Notes: generated from the sequence alone by a model not told the origin. DNA of 64,000 nt from Minisyncoccota bacterium (GCA_028687715.1 JAQTZP010000001.1:103876-167875); one strand, 5' to 3'; shown: positions 26,742-35,888, counted from the stretch's first letter. Numbers and translations are program-made.

Positions 26742-27620
26742 ATGGCAGATATTAAAAAAGCAATTATTCCGGTTGGCGGCTTGGGGACAAGATTCCTGCC
26801 TCTTTCAAAAGCAGTCCCTAAAGAGCTTTGGCCCTTGGCTGATGAACCTGTTATCCAAAAAATAATAACAGAGGTTAAAAACTCTGATATCGATGAGATA
26901 ATTTTTGTTTTAGGCCAGTCAAACAAGAAGATTTTAGAATATCTAAAGCCTTCTTTGAAAATAGAGAAAATCTTAAAAGAGAGAAAGAAGGAAAAGCTCT
27001 TGGCTGAATTTAAAGAGTTTGAAGATTTATTAAAAAGCATTAACTTCAGCTACGTTGTTCAGAAAAACCCCTTAGGAGACGGCCATGCAGTTCTCCAGGC
27101 CGCTAAACTTGCCGGCAGTGAGCCAGTAGGCTGTCTTTTTGCCGATGATGTGGTTGACTCAGAGACTCCTGTTATGTCTCAATTGACTAAGGTTTTTAAA
27201 ACCTGCCAAAAGCCTGTTTTAGCTTTGTACCGTCTTCCCAAAGATAAAATTTCTTCATACGGAGCTGTCAGTGTTGAAAAAATAGCCAGCCGCCTTTTTA
27301 AAATAAAAGGCATTGTGGAAAAGCCGGAGCCTGAGAATGCTCCTTCTGATTTGGTTATTGTTGGGAAATACATTCTAACTCCTGAAGTATTCGGCTATCT
27401 AAAGAAAGCAAAGCCGGGTCCAAAAGGAGAGATAATTTTAGCCGAAGTTTTAGATAAGATGATAAAGGACGGAAAGCTAGTCTACGGCTATGAAATTGAG
27501 GGAAAATGGCTTGAATGCGGGAACAAGCTTTCTTGGCTTAAATCAAATATTTATTTTTCCCTAAAACACCCGAAATTCGGTCCTGAAATAAAACAATTTC
27601 TAAAAGAAATAGAGAAATAA
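26742..27620 (+). CDS. galU: UTP--glucose-1-phosphate uridylyltransferase
   Basis: KAIIPVGGLGTRFLPLSKAVPKELWPL, VQKNPLGDGHAV. Confidence 0.9.
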   Translation: MADIKKAIIPVGGLGTRFLPLSKAVPKELWPLADEPVIQKIITEVKNSDIDEIIFVLGQSNKKILEYLKPSLKIEKILKERKKEKLLAEFKEFEDLLKSINFSYVVQKNPLGDGHAVLQAAKLAGSEPVGCLFADDVVDSETPVMSQLTKVFKTCQKPVLALYRLPKDKISSYGAVSVEKIASRLFKIKGIVEKPEPENAPSDLVIVGKYILTPEVFGYLKKAKPGPKGEIILAEVLDKMIKDGKLVYGYEIEGKWLECGNKLSWLKSNIYFSLKHPKFGPEIKQFLKEIEK

Positions 27621-27624
27621 TCTT

Positions 27625-28545
27625 ATGTACGATTTAATAATTATAGGGGGCGGGCCGGCTGGAATGACAGCTGGAATTTACGCCTGCCGCCAGGGGCTTA
27701 AAACCTTAATAATCACCAAAGGTTTTGGGGGGCAGATGGCTCAAAAGTCAGTTGAGATTGAAAATTATCCTGGTTTTGAGAAGATATCCGGGTTTGATTT
27801 AATTTCAAGGTTTGAGAACCATTTGAGAAGGCATGAGGTTGACATAGAGATAGACAGCGTTATTGAACTTAAAAAGAATAATAACGGCTTTCTTGTTTTA
27901 ACCAAAAGCAATAAAGAATTTAAATCAAAAACAGCAGTTATTGCTTCAGGCGGAGACCCAAAATCAACAGGGGCGTCCGGAGAAAAAGAGTTTGTCGGCA
28001 GGGGAGTCAGTTATTGTCCTGTCTGCGATGGTCCTCTTTTTTCAAACAAAGATGTTGCTGTTGTCGGCGGAGGAGACGCTGGTTTTGAATCAGCTCTTTT
28101 TTTATCAAATTATGTCAGAAAGATCTATATTTTAGAATATGATTCAAAGATTAAAGCTTCTCCTGCCAATCAGGCATTGGTTAAAAATATCAAAAATACA
28201 GAAATAATAACAAATGCTTCTTTAAAAGAAATAAAAGGAAAGGTTTTAGTAGAATCAATTGTCTATAATGATTTAAAACATAACAAAGAAAAAAGCTTAG
28301 ATGTAAGCGGCGTCTTTATTGAAATAGGATACGAGCCGGCAACCTCTTTCATATTAGACCCTTCTTTGGCTGATTTTAATAAAAAGAAAGAGATAAAAGT
28401 TAATTTAGATAATATGAGAACTAAAACGCCAGGACTTTATGCAATTGGAGATGTGGTAAGCGGCAAATGCAAACAAATCGTTGTTGCTGCGGCAGATGGA
28501 GCCAGAGCCGCTTTAGACATCAGCCATTATTTAAAAAATGAATGA
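27625..28545 (+). CDS. trxB: Thioredoxin-disulfide reductase
   Basis: YDLIIIGGGPAGMTAG, redox CPVCDG, GGGDAGFESA. Confidence 0.9.
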   Translation: MYDLIIIGGGPAGMTAGIYACRQGLKTLIITKGFGGQMAQKSVEIENYPGFEKISGFDLISRFENHLRRHEVDIEIDSVIELKKNNNGFLVLTKSNKEFKSKTAVIASGGDPKSTGASGEKEFVGRGVSYCPVCDGPLFSNKDVAVVGGGDAGFESALFLSNYVRKIYILEYDSKIKASPANQALVKNIKNTEIITNASLKEIKGKVLVESIVYNDLKHNKEKSLDVSGVFIEIGYEPATSFILDPSLADFNKKKEIKVNLDNMRTKTPGLYAIGDVVSGKCKQIVVAAADGARAALDISHYLKNE

Positions 28546-29758
28546 TAGAATAAAAAACATTAAAGCTAAAGAGATTTTAGACTCAAGAGGAAATCCTACT
28601 ATTGAGGCTGAACTTTATACTGAGAAAGGGATTTTTAAAGCCTCTGTTCCTTCCGGCGCTTCAGTGGGCAGATATGAAGCGGTTGAATTAAGAGATGGGG
28701 ATAAAGAAAGATATAACGGAAAAGGAGTTTTAAAAGCAGTTAAAAATATCACCCAGATAATTAGTCCAAAGATAAAAGGAGAAGACCCAAAGAATCAGAA
28801 AAAGATTGATAATTTAATGATAGAGCTTGATAAAACAGACGATAAATCAAAACTGGGCGCCAATGCGATTTTAGCGGTTTCTTTGGCAGTATCAAGAGCT
28901 GGAGCCGGTTCAAAAGAGATAAATCTCTGGCAGCATCTTAAAGAATTAATAGGGAATCAAAAAGATGTCTTTATGCCTTTGCCCTGCTTTAATATTATAA
29001 ACGGGGGAGCTCATTCTAACAATGAGCTTGATATTCAGGAATTTATGGTGATTCCTCAATATAATTCTTTTTCGGAAAACTTAAAAACAGGAATTGATGC
29101 CTATAATAAGTTAAAACTAATCTTAAAAAAAGAATTAAAAGAAGAATATCTTAAAATAGGGGATGAAGGAGGTTTTTCCCCAATGATTTCAGAAACATAT
29201 AAAGCTCTTGATTTTTTGACAAAAGCAGTTTCAGGTTATAAAGACATAAAGATTGGCTTAGACTGCGCGGCAAGCCAGTTCTTTAAAGATAATAAGTATT
29301 TCATAGACAATAAAGAGTTTGAAGCCGAAGATGTTTTATCTTTCTATAATAATTTAATTAAAAGCTACCCTTTGATTTATCTTGAAGACCCTTTTGATGA
29401 AAGAGATGAAAAGATGTGGAGGATTATTAAAAACCAATTTATTAATGTTATAATAATAGGTGATGATTTAACAGCCACAAATAAAAGGATAATCTCGGAT
29501 AAAAAAGACTTTATCAGCGGTGTTATCATAAAGCCGAATCAAAGAGGCACTATAACAGAAACTCTTGAAGCGGTGAGAGTTGCGAAAGATAATGGAATAA
29601 AAATAATAGTATCTCATCGCAGCGGAGAAACAGAAGATGACTTTATCAGCGATTTGGCGGTTGGAATCGGAGCTGATTTTATAAAGTCAGGAGCGCCTTA
29701 TCCAAAAGAGAGAATGGCTAAGTATAATAGGCTCCTTAAAATAGAGAAAACAATTTAA
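28538..29758 (+). CDS. eno: Enolase
   Basis: IKAKEILDSRGNPTIEAEL, SHRSGETED, IKPNQRGT. Confidence 0.95.
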   Translation: MNDRIKNIKAKEILDSRGNPTIEAELYTEKGIFKASVPSGASVGRYEAVELRDGDKERYNGKGVLKAVKNITQIISPKIKGEDPKNQKKIDNLMIELDKTDDKSKLGANAILAVSLAVSRAGAGSKEINLWQHLKELIGNQKDVFMPLPCFNIINGGAHSNNELDIQEFMVIPQYNSFSENLKTGIDAYNKLKLILKKELKEEYLKIGDEGGFSPMISETYKALDFLTKAVSGYKDIKIGLDCAASQFFKDNKYFIDNKEFEAEDVLSFYNNLIKSYPLIYLEDPFDERDEKMWRIIKNQFINVIIIGDDLTATNKRIISDKKDFISGVIIKPNQRGTITETLEAVRVAKDNGIKIIVSHRSGETEDDFISDLAVGIGADFIKSGAPYPKERMAKYNRLLKIEKTI

Positions 29759-29763
29759 TCATT

Positions 29764-30453
29764 ATGCCCAACTTATTTCTTTTAAGACACTTTAAATCCC
29801 AGTGGAATAAGGAAAACAGGTTTACAGGATGGGTTGATGTCCCTCTGGCAGAGGGCGAAGACGCTAAAGAGTGGGTTTCTAAAAAGATATTCAGCTTTAA
29901 TATAGAAAAGATTTATTCATCTCCTTTAATCAGGAACCAGCAGACTGTTTTAAAGATTCTTGAAAATAAAGGAAGATATCCTATTTTCATTCATTTAGAC
30001 AAAGGCAGAATGAAAGACCGGGGCTCTTTTGAAGAGATAAACAATGACTATATTCCTGTGTATATTTCTGAAAGCCTCAATGAAAGATATTACGGGAAGC
30101 TTCAAGGGTTAAATAAAGATGAAACAATTGAGAGATACGGCAGAGAAAAAGTTCGCCTCTTTAGAAGAAGCTTTGATATTGCTCCTTTAAAAGGGGAGAG
30201 CTTAAAAGACGTCTATAAAAGAGCAGTTCCTTTTTTTAAAAGATATATAGAAAGGGATTTAAAGGAAGGCAAAGATATATTGGTAGTAGCCAGCCATAAT
30301 TCTTTAAGAGCGCTTTTAAAGCATATTGAAAAAGTGCCAGATAAAGATATTATAAACTATGAGATTCCTTTCGGCGGCCTTATAAAGTACGAGCTTGATT
30401 CCAAGATGGCTGTGACAAATAAAGAGGTTGTTGCCAAAGATTTAGTTCTCTGA
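29764..30453 (+). CDS. gpmA: Histidine-phosphatase family phosphoglycerate mutase (dPGM-like)
   Basis: LLRHFKSQWNKENRFTGWVDVPL, NERYYG.LQG, VASHNSLRAL. Confidence 0.8.
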   Translation: MPNLFLLRHFKSQWNKENRFTGWVDVPLAEGEDAKEWVSKKIFSFNIEKIYSSPLIRNQQTVLKILENKGRYPIFIHLDKGRMKDRGSFEEINNDYIPVYISESLNERYYGKLQGLNKDETIERYGREKVRLFRRSFDIAPLKGESLKDVYKRAVPFFKRYIERDLKEGKDILVVASHNSLRALLKHIEKVPDKDIINYEIPFGGLIKYELDSKMAVTNKEVVAKDLVL

Positions 30454-30493
30454 TAAAATAAAAACATTATTAAAAATTAATTAATTTAAATCT

Positions 30494-31234
30494 ATGAATA
30501 ATCTTATTGATAAAATTAAGCAAAACAAGACAGCGATATTTTTTACCGCATCAGGCATTATAATTATCGGTCTAATTATCTATATAACTCAATCCTGTAG
30601 TTTATCAGGAGAACAACTTCTTGGAGCTCTATCAACAGATGAGGCCTCGCAGAAAGTCATTGACTTTATCAATGAAAATCTAAACGGCATGGCTACAGCG
30701 TCATTGGTAAGCATTGAAGAAAAGAGCGGCCTCTATATGATGAAAATTAAATTAAGCGATAACCAGGGAAATATGCAGGAAGAAGAAGCATACCTTAGTT
30801 TGGACGGAAAGCTCTTGTTTCCAAGCGTTATTAAATTAGCTGAGATTATTGTAGGTGATTTTTCAGTAAGCGAAGAAGAAGTCTGCTTGGAAAATGGAAA
30901 GCCTATCGCCTATTTCTTCGGTTCCAACAGCTGTCCTCACTGCGCTTGGGAGCATCCTATTTTTCAAAAAGTAATGGAGAAATTCAAAGACCAGATTTCT
31001 TTTCATGATAATATGGAAGGACAAGGAGACCAGGATATATTGTACAAGTTTAATCCCCAGGGAGGAATTCCAACAATGGTCTTAGGCTGCAAGTACTACA
31101 AGATAGGGTCTGGCGAGAAGGACGGAGAAGAAACAGAAACAAAAAACTTAACCGCAGTAGTTTGCAAGCTTACTGGGAATAAGCCCGAAGCTGTCTGCAG
31201 CGAAGTAAAAGATTTAGTTAATCAAATTCCATAA
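30494..31234 (+). CDS. Membrane-anchored thioredoxin-fold thiol:disulfide oxidoreductase
   Basis: N-terminal TM; CPHC active site in FFGSNSCPHCAWEHP. Confidence 0.65.
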   Translation: MNNLIDKIKQNKTAIFFTASGIIIIGLIIYITQSCSLSGEQLLGALSTDEASQKVIDFINENLNGMATASLVSIEEKSGLYMMKIKLSDNQGNMQEEEAYLSLDGKLLFPSVIKLAEIIVGDFSVSEEEVCLENGKPIAYFFGSNSCPHCAWEHPIFQKVMEKFKDQISFHDNMEGQGDQDILYKFNPQGGIPTMVLGCKYYKIGSGEKDGEETETKNLTAVVCKLTGNKPEAVCSEVKDLVNQIP

Positions 31235-31235
31235 T

Positions 31236-31475
31236 ATGGTTAAAGTTTATTCAACCCCTACCTGCGTATACTGCGCAACTTTAAAGCAGTATTTAAAAGA
31301 GCATGATATTGCCTTTGAAGACGTTGATGCTTCAAAAGATGAAGCAGTTTTTGAAGAGATGGTTAGAAAATCAGGCCAGATGAGCGTTCCGGTAATAGAG
31401 ATTAACGGAGAAATTGTTGTTGGTTTTGACAAAGAAAAAATAAATGAATTATTAAATATAAAGGAGCAGCAATAA
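31236..31475 (+). CDS. Glutaredoxin/NrdH-like small redoxin
   Basis: VKVYSTPTCVYCATLKQYL...VPVIEING. Confidence 0.8.
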   Translation: MVKVYSTPTCVYCATLKQYLKEHDIAFEDVDASKDEAVFEEMVRKSGQMSVPVIEINGEIVVGFDKEKINELLNIKEQQ

Positions 31476-31486
31476 TAAATTATTAT

Positions 31487-32488
31487 ATGATAAAAATAGC
31501 AATCAATGGCTTTGGCCGCATAGGCAGGCCTGTATTTAGGAGAATTTTAGGCTCTCATCCTGATTTAAAGGTGGTTGCAATAAATGATTTAACTGACACT
31601 AAAACTCTCAGTCATCTTTTAAAATATGATTCTATATATAGAAACTATAAAAAGAAGGTAAGCTTTGATAATGATGAAATTATAGTAGATAATGACAAGT
31701 TTAAGGTTTTTTCAGAACCAGACCCGGCTAAACTTCCTTGGAAAAAGCTTGATATTGATATTGTCTTGGAGTGCACTGGGTTTTTCACTGACTTAAAAGG
31801 AGCTAAAAAACATATTGAAGCTGGGGCTAAAAAGGTAATAATCTCTGCTCCGGCAAAAGATGAAGAGATTCCAGGATTTATCTTAGGTGTCAATGACCAA
31901 GAGTTTGACATAAGTCATCAGATCATTGATATGGGTTCCTGCACCACTAACTGTTTGGCTCCTATGGCTAAGGTCTTAAATGATAATTTTAAGATTATAA
32001 AGGGCTTTATGACTACTGTTCACAGCTATACCAACGACCAGAGGATTTTAGACCTTCCTCACAAGGATTTGAGAAGGGCAAGGGCTGCGGGTTTAAACAT
32101 CATTCCTACCACTACTGGCGCTGCCAAGTCAATAGGCAAGATGATACCGGAGCTTAAGGGGAAACTTGATGGAATTGCTTTAAGAGTGCCTACTCCAACA
32201 GTTTCAGTTTTAGATTTAATAGTTGAGACAGAGAAAAATACTGATATTAAAGAAGTAAATGAAGCATTTAAAAAAGCGGCAGATGAAAGAATGAAAGGAA
32301 TTCTAAGGATTGAAGAGTTGCCTCTTGTTTCTTCAGACTTTATAGGAGATACTTATTCTGCCATTGTTGATGAATCTTTAACAATGGTAAAAGATAATTT
32401 AATAAAGGTAGTTGGCTGGTATGACAATGAATACGGCTATGCCTCAAGACTAGCAGAGTTTTGCGAGTTTATGGGGAAGAGAATATAA
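31487..32488 (+). CDS. gap: Glyceraldehyde-3-phosphate dehydrogenase, type I
   Basis: IAINGFGRIGR, SCTTNCLAP, WYDNEYGY. Confidence 0.95.
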   Translation: MIKIAINGFGRIGRPVFRRILGSHPDLKVVAINDLTDTKTLSHLLKYDSIYRNYKKKVSFDNDEIIVDNDKFKVFSEPDPAKLPWKKLDIDIVLECTGFFTDLKGAKKHIEAGAKKVIISAPAKDEEIPGFILGVNDQEFDISHQIIDMGSCTTNCLAPMAKVLNDNFKIIKGFMTTVHSYTNDQRILDLPHKDLRRARAAGLNIIPTTTGAAKSIGKMIPELKGKLDGIALRVPTPTVSVLDLIVETEKNTDIKEVNEAFKKAADERMKGILRIEELPLVSSDFIGDTYSAIVDESLTMVKDNLIKVVGWYDNEYGYASRLAEFCEFMGKRI

Positions 32489-32503
32489 AAATAAAGTATC
32501 AAT

Positions 32504-32869
32504 AAAAAAGGCCCCGAAAGTATGAAGACTCTCGGGGCTTTTTATCATCAGCAATAGCTCAGCCAGACCCTTGGGATCAGGGAATTCGGCTTTCTTGGAA
32601 GAAAAACCTTCCCAGCATGCTTCTTTTTCAGGCATCACAGCTGTACAGGAGTTTATACAGCTCCGCCTGAGTACTCCAGCAAGCTTTTTCCAGCCTTTTT
32701 ACCGGCCGTAGTACGCCCGTTGGCAAGAAGGTTTCAGCCGCAGATGCTGGCAGTTTTGCTGTGGCCTGGTTCAACTTGGACTGCCTGCCATTTAGCAGAG
32801 CTGCCTTTGCTGAGGGAGCGTGTCGAAACCTATCCCAATATTCCCGCTTCTATTGCCAATGACAAGTAC
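32504..32869 (-). ncRNA. Unassigned structured RNA 'B' (about 365 nt)
   Basis: It has its own promoter and terminator, is much more GC-rich than its surroundings, and has no credible ORF. Nested closing helices: 13 bp (32850-32862 with 32545-57), then GGGAAU/AUUCCC (32840-45 with 32580-85), then the hairpin GGGA..UCCC. Confidence 0.6.
32506..32545. terminator. Bidirectional terminator shared by gap (+) and RNA-B (-)
   Basis: AAAAAGGCCCCGA...TCGGGGCTTTTT. Confidence 0.75.
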
Positions 32870-32875
32870 TATTTA

Positions 32876-32904
32876 TATATATCAAAGTTTGTGTTGTTGG
32901 TCAA
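32876..32904 (-). promoter_or_regulatory. Sigma-70-like promoter of RNA-B (TTGACC-N17-TATATA)
   Basis: Read on the minus strand: -35 at 32904-32899 and -10 at 32881-32876. Confidence 0.6.
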
Positions 32905-32953
32905 ATTTTATTTCTTGTATAAACATTATATTAACGCTTTATTAATATTTTAT

Positions 32954-33665
32954 AAAAAAAGAAGGCGTTTTACTTTTCTGTTTAGGGTTTCTGGATCATC
33001 CAGAAATTGACCTATTCAGTTTCAGTAAAACGCCCTGTGAGGGCTTAAGGTTTGAGTCGAAATAACCTCACCCTCTGGTTGTCTGCCCGACCGCAAAGTG
33101 CCACGACTCGTTGGCGGTGCGTCTAGTCAACAGACAACCATTATGTTCAAAAGAACCGATGTCGAAATCCTATGAATCCCTCTTCAGAAAAATCTTTTGG
33201 TAAATTTCTCTGAAGAAGAGGCGAAGAATTATTCTTCGCCACATTAGAAAGGAACTGACAGGCAACTCGCTGTGCACCGCGAGTTTTCGCGTTTTGCGGT
33301 CAATAACCGCAGATGGAGGCCGCAACTCGCGGAGATACACTCCACCAACGTTAAGTCGGTTGATTCCAATGCCAGAAACCCAATTGGGTCTCTACGCCCC
33401 GGTCTCCTCCTCAAAGGCAGGGGAGACCCTATTTTTAATGGGCGCCTCGCGAGCAAAGCCGCTTATTAAGGAGGCGGACTCCCACCAACTCCCTGTCAGT
33501 TTCAAAAGAACAAGTGGCCCCTGTAGTTCCTTGGGCGACCGGGGCTCCGTCTTCCCCAAGGACCGACTGTCGGCTCATCCAGGATTGCGTCGGCCGCACC
33601 TGACTGCTCAGCTGTTCTTGTCAGCCAAAAGACCCGCTGAGCGATCTCCTGACTACTTTCGTTAT
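32954..33665 (-). ncRNA. Unassigned large structured RNA 'A' (about 710 nt; possibly two RNAs split at the 33220-33240 hairpin)
   Basis: Consensus promoter and a long-stem terminator (33034-33024 pairs with 32974-32964, then a U-run). GC-rich with many perfect helices, for example CTGACAGG/CCTGTCAG, GGTCTCC/GGAGACC, CCTTGGG/CCCAAGG and GCTCAGC/GCTGAGC. Only spurious ORFs. Confidence 0.6.
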
Positions 33666-33671
33666 GTTGGT

Positions 33672-33700
33672 AGTATATCACCTCCCAGCAAATTTGTCAA
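33672..33700 (-). promoter_or_regulatory. Sigma-70 consensus-like promoter of RNA-A (TTGACA-N17-TATACT)
   Basis: Minus strand: -35 at 33700-33695 and -10 at 33677-33672. Confidence 0.65.
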
Positions 33701-33769
33701 GAGCTTGGTGAATGTTAATTTTTCCCCTTCTTTGTTTTTTTTAAAAAAGGTATAATAGACTAACAAATT

Positions 33770-34336
33770 ATGAAAAAGATTAAGGTTAAAGTTTCAGCCA
33801 GGCATATCCATTTGTCTTTGAAGGATTTAAAGGCTCTTTTTGGCCCTGATTACAAGTTAAAAAAACTTAAGAGCTTAAGCCAGCCTCAAGACTTTGCAGC
33901 CTTAGAAACAGTTAAGATTAGAAATAAAGATAAGTTTATTGAAAAGGTAAGAGTTGTAGGGCCGACAAGAAAAAATACCCAATTAGAGCTTTCAATGACA
34001 GATTGTTTTAGGCTGGGCATAAGGCCGGAATTAAGACTTTCAGGAGATATAAAGGGAAGTCCTGGCTTAAATATTTCAGGGCCTTTTGGTTCAATTAATT
34101 TAAAACAGGGCGCTATTGTTGCTAAAAGACATATCCACGCTAGTCCAGCAGAAGCTAAGGAATTAAAATTAAAAGATAAAAGCATAGTTTCTGTAATCAT
34201 TAAAGGAAAAAGGTCTTTAACTTTTAATAATGTGATAGTAAGAGTAAGCGATAATTACAGGCTTTGCATGCATATTGATACAGATGAAGGAAATGCAGCG
34301 GGAATCAATAAAACAAGCTTCGGCTTTATTTTATGA
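33770..34336 (+). CDS. pduL: PduL-type phosphate acyltransferase
   Basis: Duplicated SARHIHLS / AKRHIHAS motifs; 188 aa; precedes ackA. Confidence 0.85.
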   Translation: MKKIKVKVSARHIHLSLKDLKALFGPDYKLKKLKSLSQPQDFAALETVKIRNKDKFIEKVRVVGPTRKNTQLELSMTDCFRLGIRPELRLSGDIKGSPGLNISGPFGSINLKQGAIVAKRHIHASPAEAKELKLKDKSIVSVIIKGKRSLTFNNVIVRVSDNYRLCMHIDTDEGNAAGINKTSFGFIL

Positions 34337-35337
34337 TACTTATATTAAACTGCGGCAGCCAGTCAATTAAATGGAAATTGTTTGACAAAGGGCTTAAATT
34401 GAAAAGACAGAAAAAAAGAGAGGTTTTTAATTCTAAAGATTATAGAAAGGTTTTAATTGCTGAATTAGAAGGATTAAAAGAAGCGTCAAAGATAGAAAAG
34501 ATAGGCCATAGAGTTGTTCACGGAGGCGAAAGATTCAGGAAAAAAACAAGAATAGACAGCAGGGTTTTAAAAGAAATAAGAAAGCTTAACAGCTTGGCTC
34601 CTCTCCATAACCCTTTTAATCTCTTAGGAATAGAAACAGCTAAGAGGATTTTCCCGAAAGTTCCCCAGATTGCTGTCTTTGACACTGAAATATATTCTGA
34701 TTTGCCTGATTACGCTTCTACATATCCTCTGCCTGAAAATATAGCAGGAAAGTATAGAAGGTTTGGGTTCCACGGCATTTCTCACTACTATGCTATGAGG
34801 AAAGGAGCGCAGATGATTAATCGGCCTTATAATAAATTAAAGATAATAACCTGCCATTTAGGCGGAGGAGCAAGTATTACTGCTTTTAGAAATGGCAAGG
34901 CAATTGACACTTCAATGGGCTTTACGCCAATGGAGGGCCTTATGATGATGACCAGGTGCGGAGACATAGATCCAGGAATTACAATAGAGCTGGCTAAAAG
35001 GTTTTCAGTTAAAAGATGCGATAGAATCCTTAATTTTGAATCAGGATTTAAAGGCTTAACAGGCATAGACAGCATGATTAAGGTTCTTAAAAAGAGGAAA
35101 GATAAAAAAGTAAGGCTTGCTTTAGATATCTTCATTTACAGAATTAAAAAATACATCAGCGCTTATTTCGGGATACTTAAAGGATGCGATTTATTGGTAT
35201 TTACCGGAACTATTGGTTTTAAGTCTAAAATAATAAGGAATATGATTTTAAAAGATTTAGATATTTTAAAAAACACTAAAATTAAAGCGATTGAAACAGA
35301 TGAAGAGCTTGCTATAGCAGAGAAGATATTGATATGA
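34333..35337 (+). CDS. ackA: Acetate kinase (compact, 334 aa)
   Basis: ILNCGSQSIKWKLF, GHRVVHGGERF, PLHNP, FHGISH, CHLGGGASITA, TSMGFTPMEGLMMMTRCGDIDPG. Confidence 0.85.
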   Translation: MILILNCGSQSIKWKLFDKGLKLKRQKKREVFNSKDYRKVLIAELEGLKEASKIEKIGHRVVHGGERFRKKTRIDSRVLKEIRKLNSLAPLHNPFNLLGIETAKRIFPKVPQIAVFDTEIYSDLPDYASTYPLPENIAGKYRRFGFHGISHYYAMRKGAQMINRPYNKLKIITCHLGGGASITAFRNGKAIDTSMGFTPMEGLMMMTRCGDIDPGITIELAKRFSVKRCDRILNFESGFKGLTGIDSMIKVLKKRKDKKVRLALDIFIYRIKKYISAYFGILKGCDLLVFTGTIGFKSKIIRNMILKDLDILKNTKIKAIETDEELAIAEKILI

Positions 35338-35876
35338 AAAAGAGAATTATCATAGGAATAAATAATGATTCAATCAGGGATTCTTACTCTGATGTTTTCA
35401 AAAAAGATTTTAAGATATTTGCAGCAAAGGACGGGATTAAGCTTATTGATTTGGCAAAAAAACAGAAACCAGATCTTGTAATAGCTGATATCTCATTATC
35501 CCATAAAGGAGGCTTTGAAATACTTAAAGAGCTTAATAAAAAGAAAATCCCAATAGTAATATTTGCTCCTTATGAAAAAGAGGAGGAGCGGAAGAAAGCA
35601 ATAGAGCTTGAAGCAAAGGATTTTGTAAGCCCTGATCAGACATCGCCTTTTGAACTTTTAAGAAAGGTTAAAATCATTTTAGGCCAGCAGAAAAGCTATC
35701 GTTTGAATTTAATGGCTGATTCGGATAATATTAAGAAATTAATGAAGGATTTGGGTTATAAGCCGAAGTTAAAATGCGATAAATGCAATTCAGACATAAT
35801 TCTTTATTTAATCAGGGATTTTTCAAAAGGAGAAAGTCATTTTATAGTTTCATTTATCTGCCCTAAATGCGGCTAA
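35334..35876 (+). CDS. CheY-like receiver domain protein with a C-terminal zinc ribbon
   Basis: PDLVIADISL phospho-acceptor context; C-terminal CDKCNS...CPKCG. Confidence 0.6.
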   Translation: MKKRIIIGINNDSIRDSYSDVFKKDFKIFAAKDGIKLIDLAKKQKPDLVIADISLSHKGGFEILKELNKKKIPIVIFAPYEKEEERKKAIELEAKDFVSPDQTSPFELLRKVKIILGQQKSYRLNLMADSDNIKKLMKDLGYKPKLKCDKCNSDIILYLIRDFSKGESHFIVSFICPKCG

Positions 35877-35888
35877 TCAATAAAAATT

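Noticed and set aside
32954-33182. Calling the GGGAUUC-AUAGGAU-UUCGAC segment a bona fide tmRNA (ssrA)
   Set aside because: No complementary 3' acceptor strand adjacent to a 5-7-5 T-arm was found. There is no ACCA-type end and no plausible tag ORF ending in hydrophobic-Ala-Ala-stop. The segment after the motif is only about 220 nt. It is kept as an open hypothesis in the findings.
32450-33755. ORFs 32450-32638(-), 32720-33010(+), 33244-33456(-), 33272-33469(+) and 33294-33755(+)
   Set aside because: The translations are Arg/Pro/Ser/Leu-rich low-complexity strings that overlap each other on both strands of a helix-dense GC-rich region. That is better explained by structured RNA genes with their own promoters and terminators.
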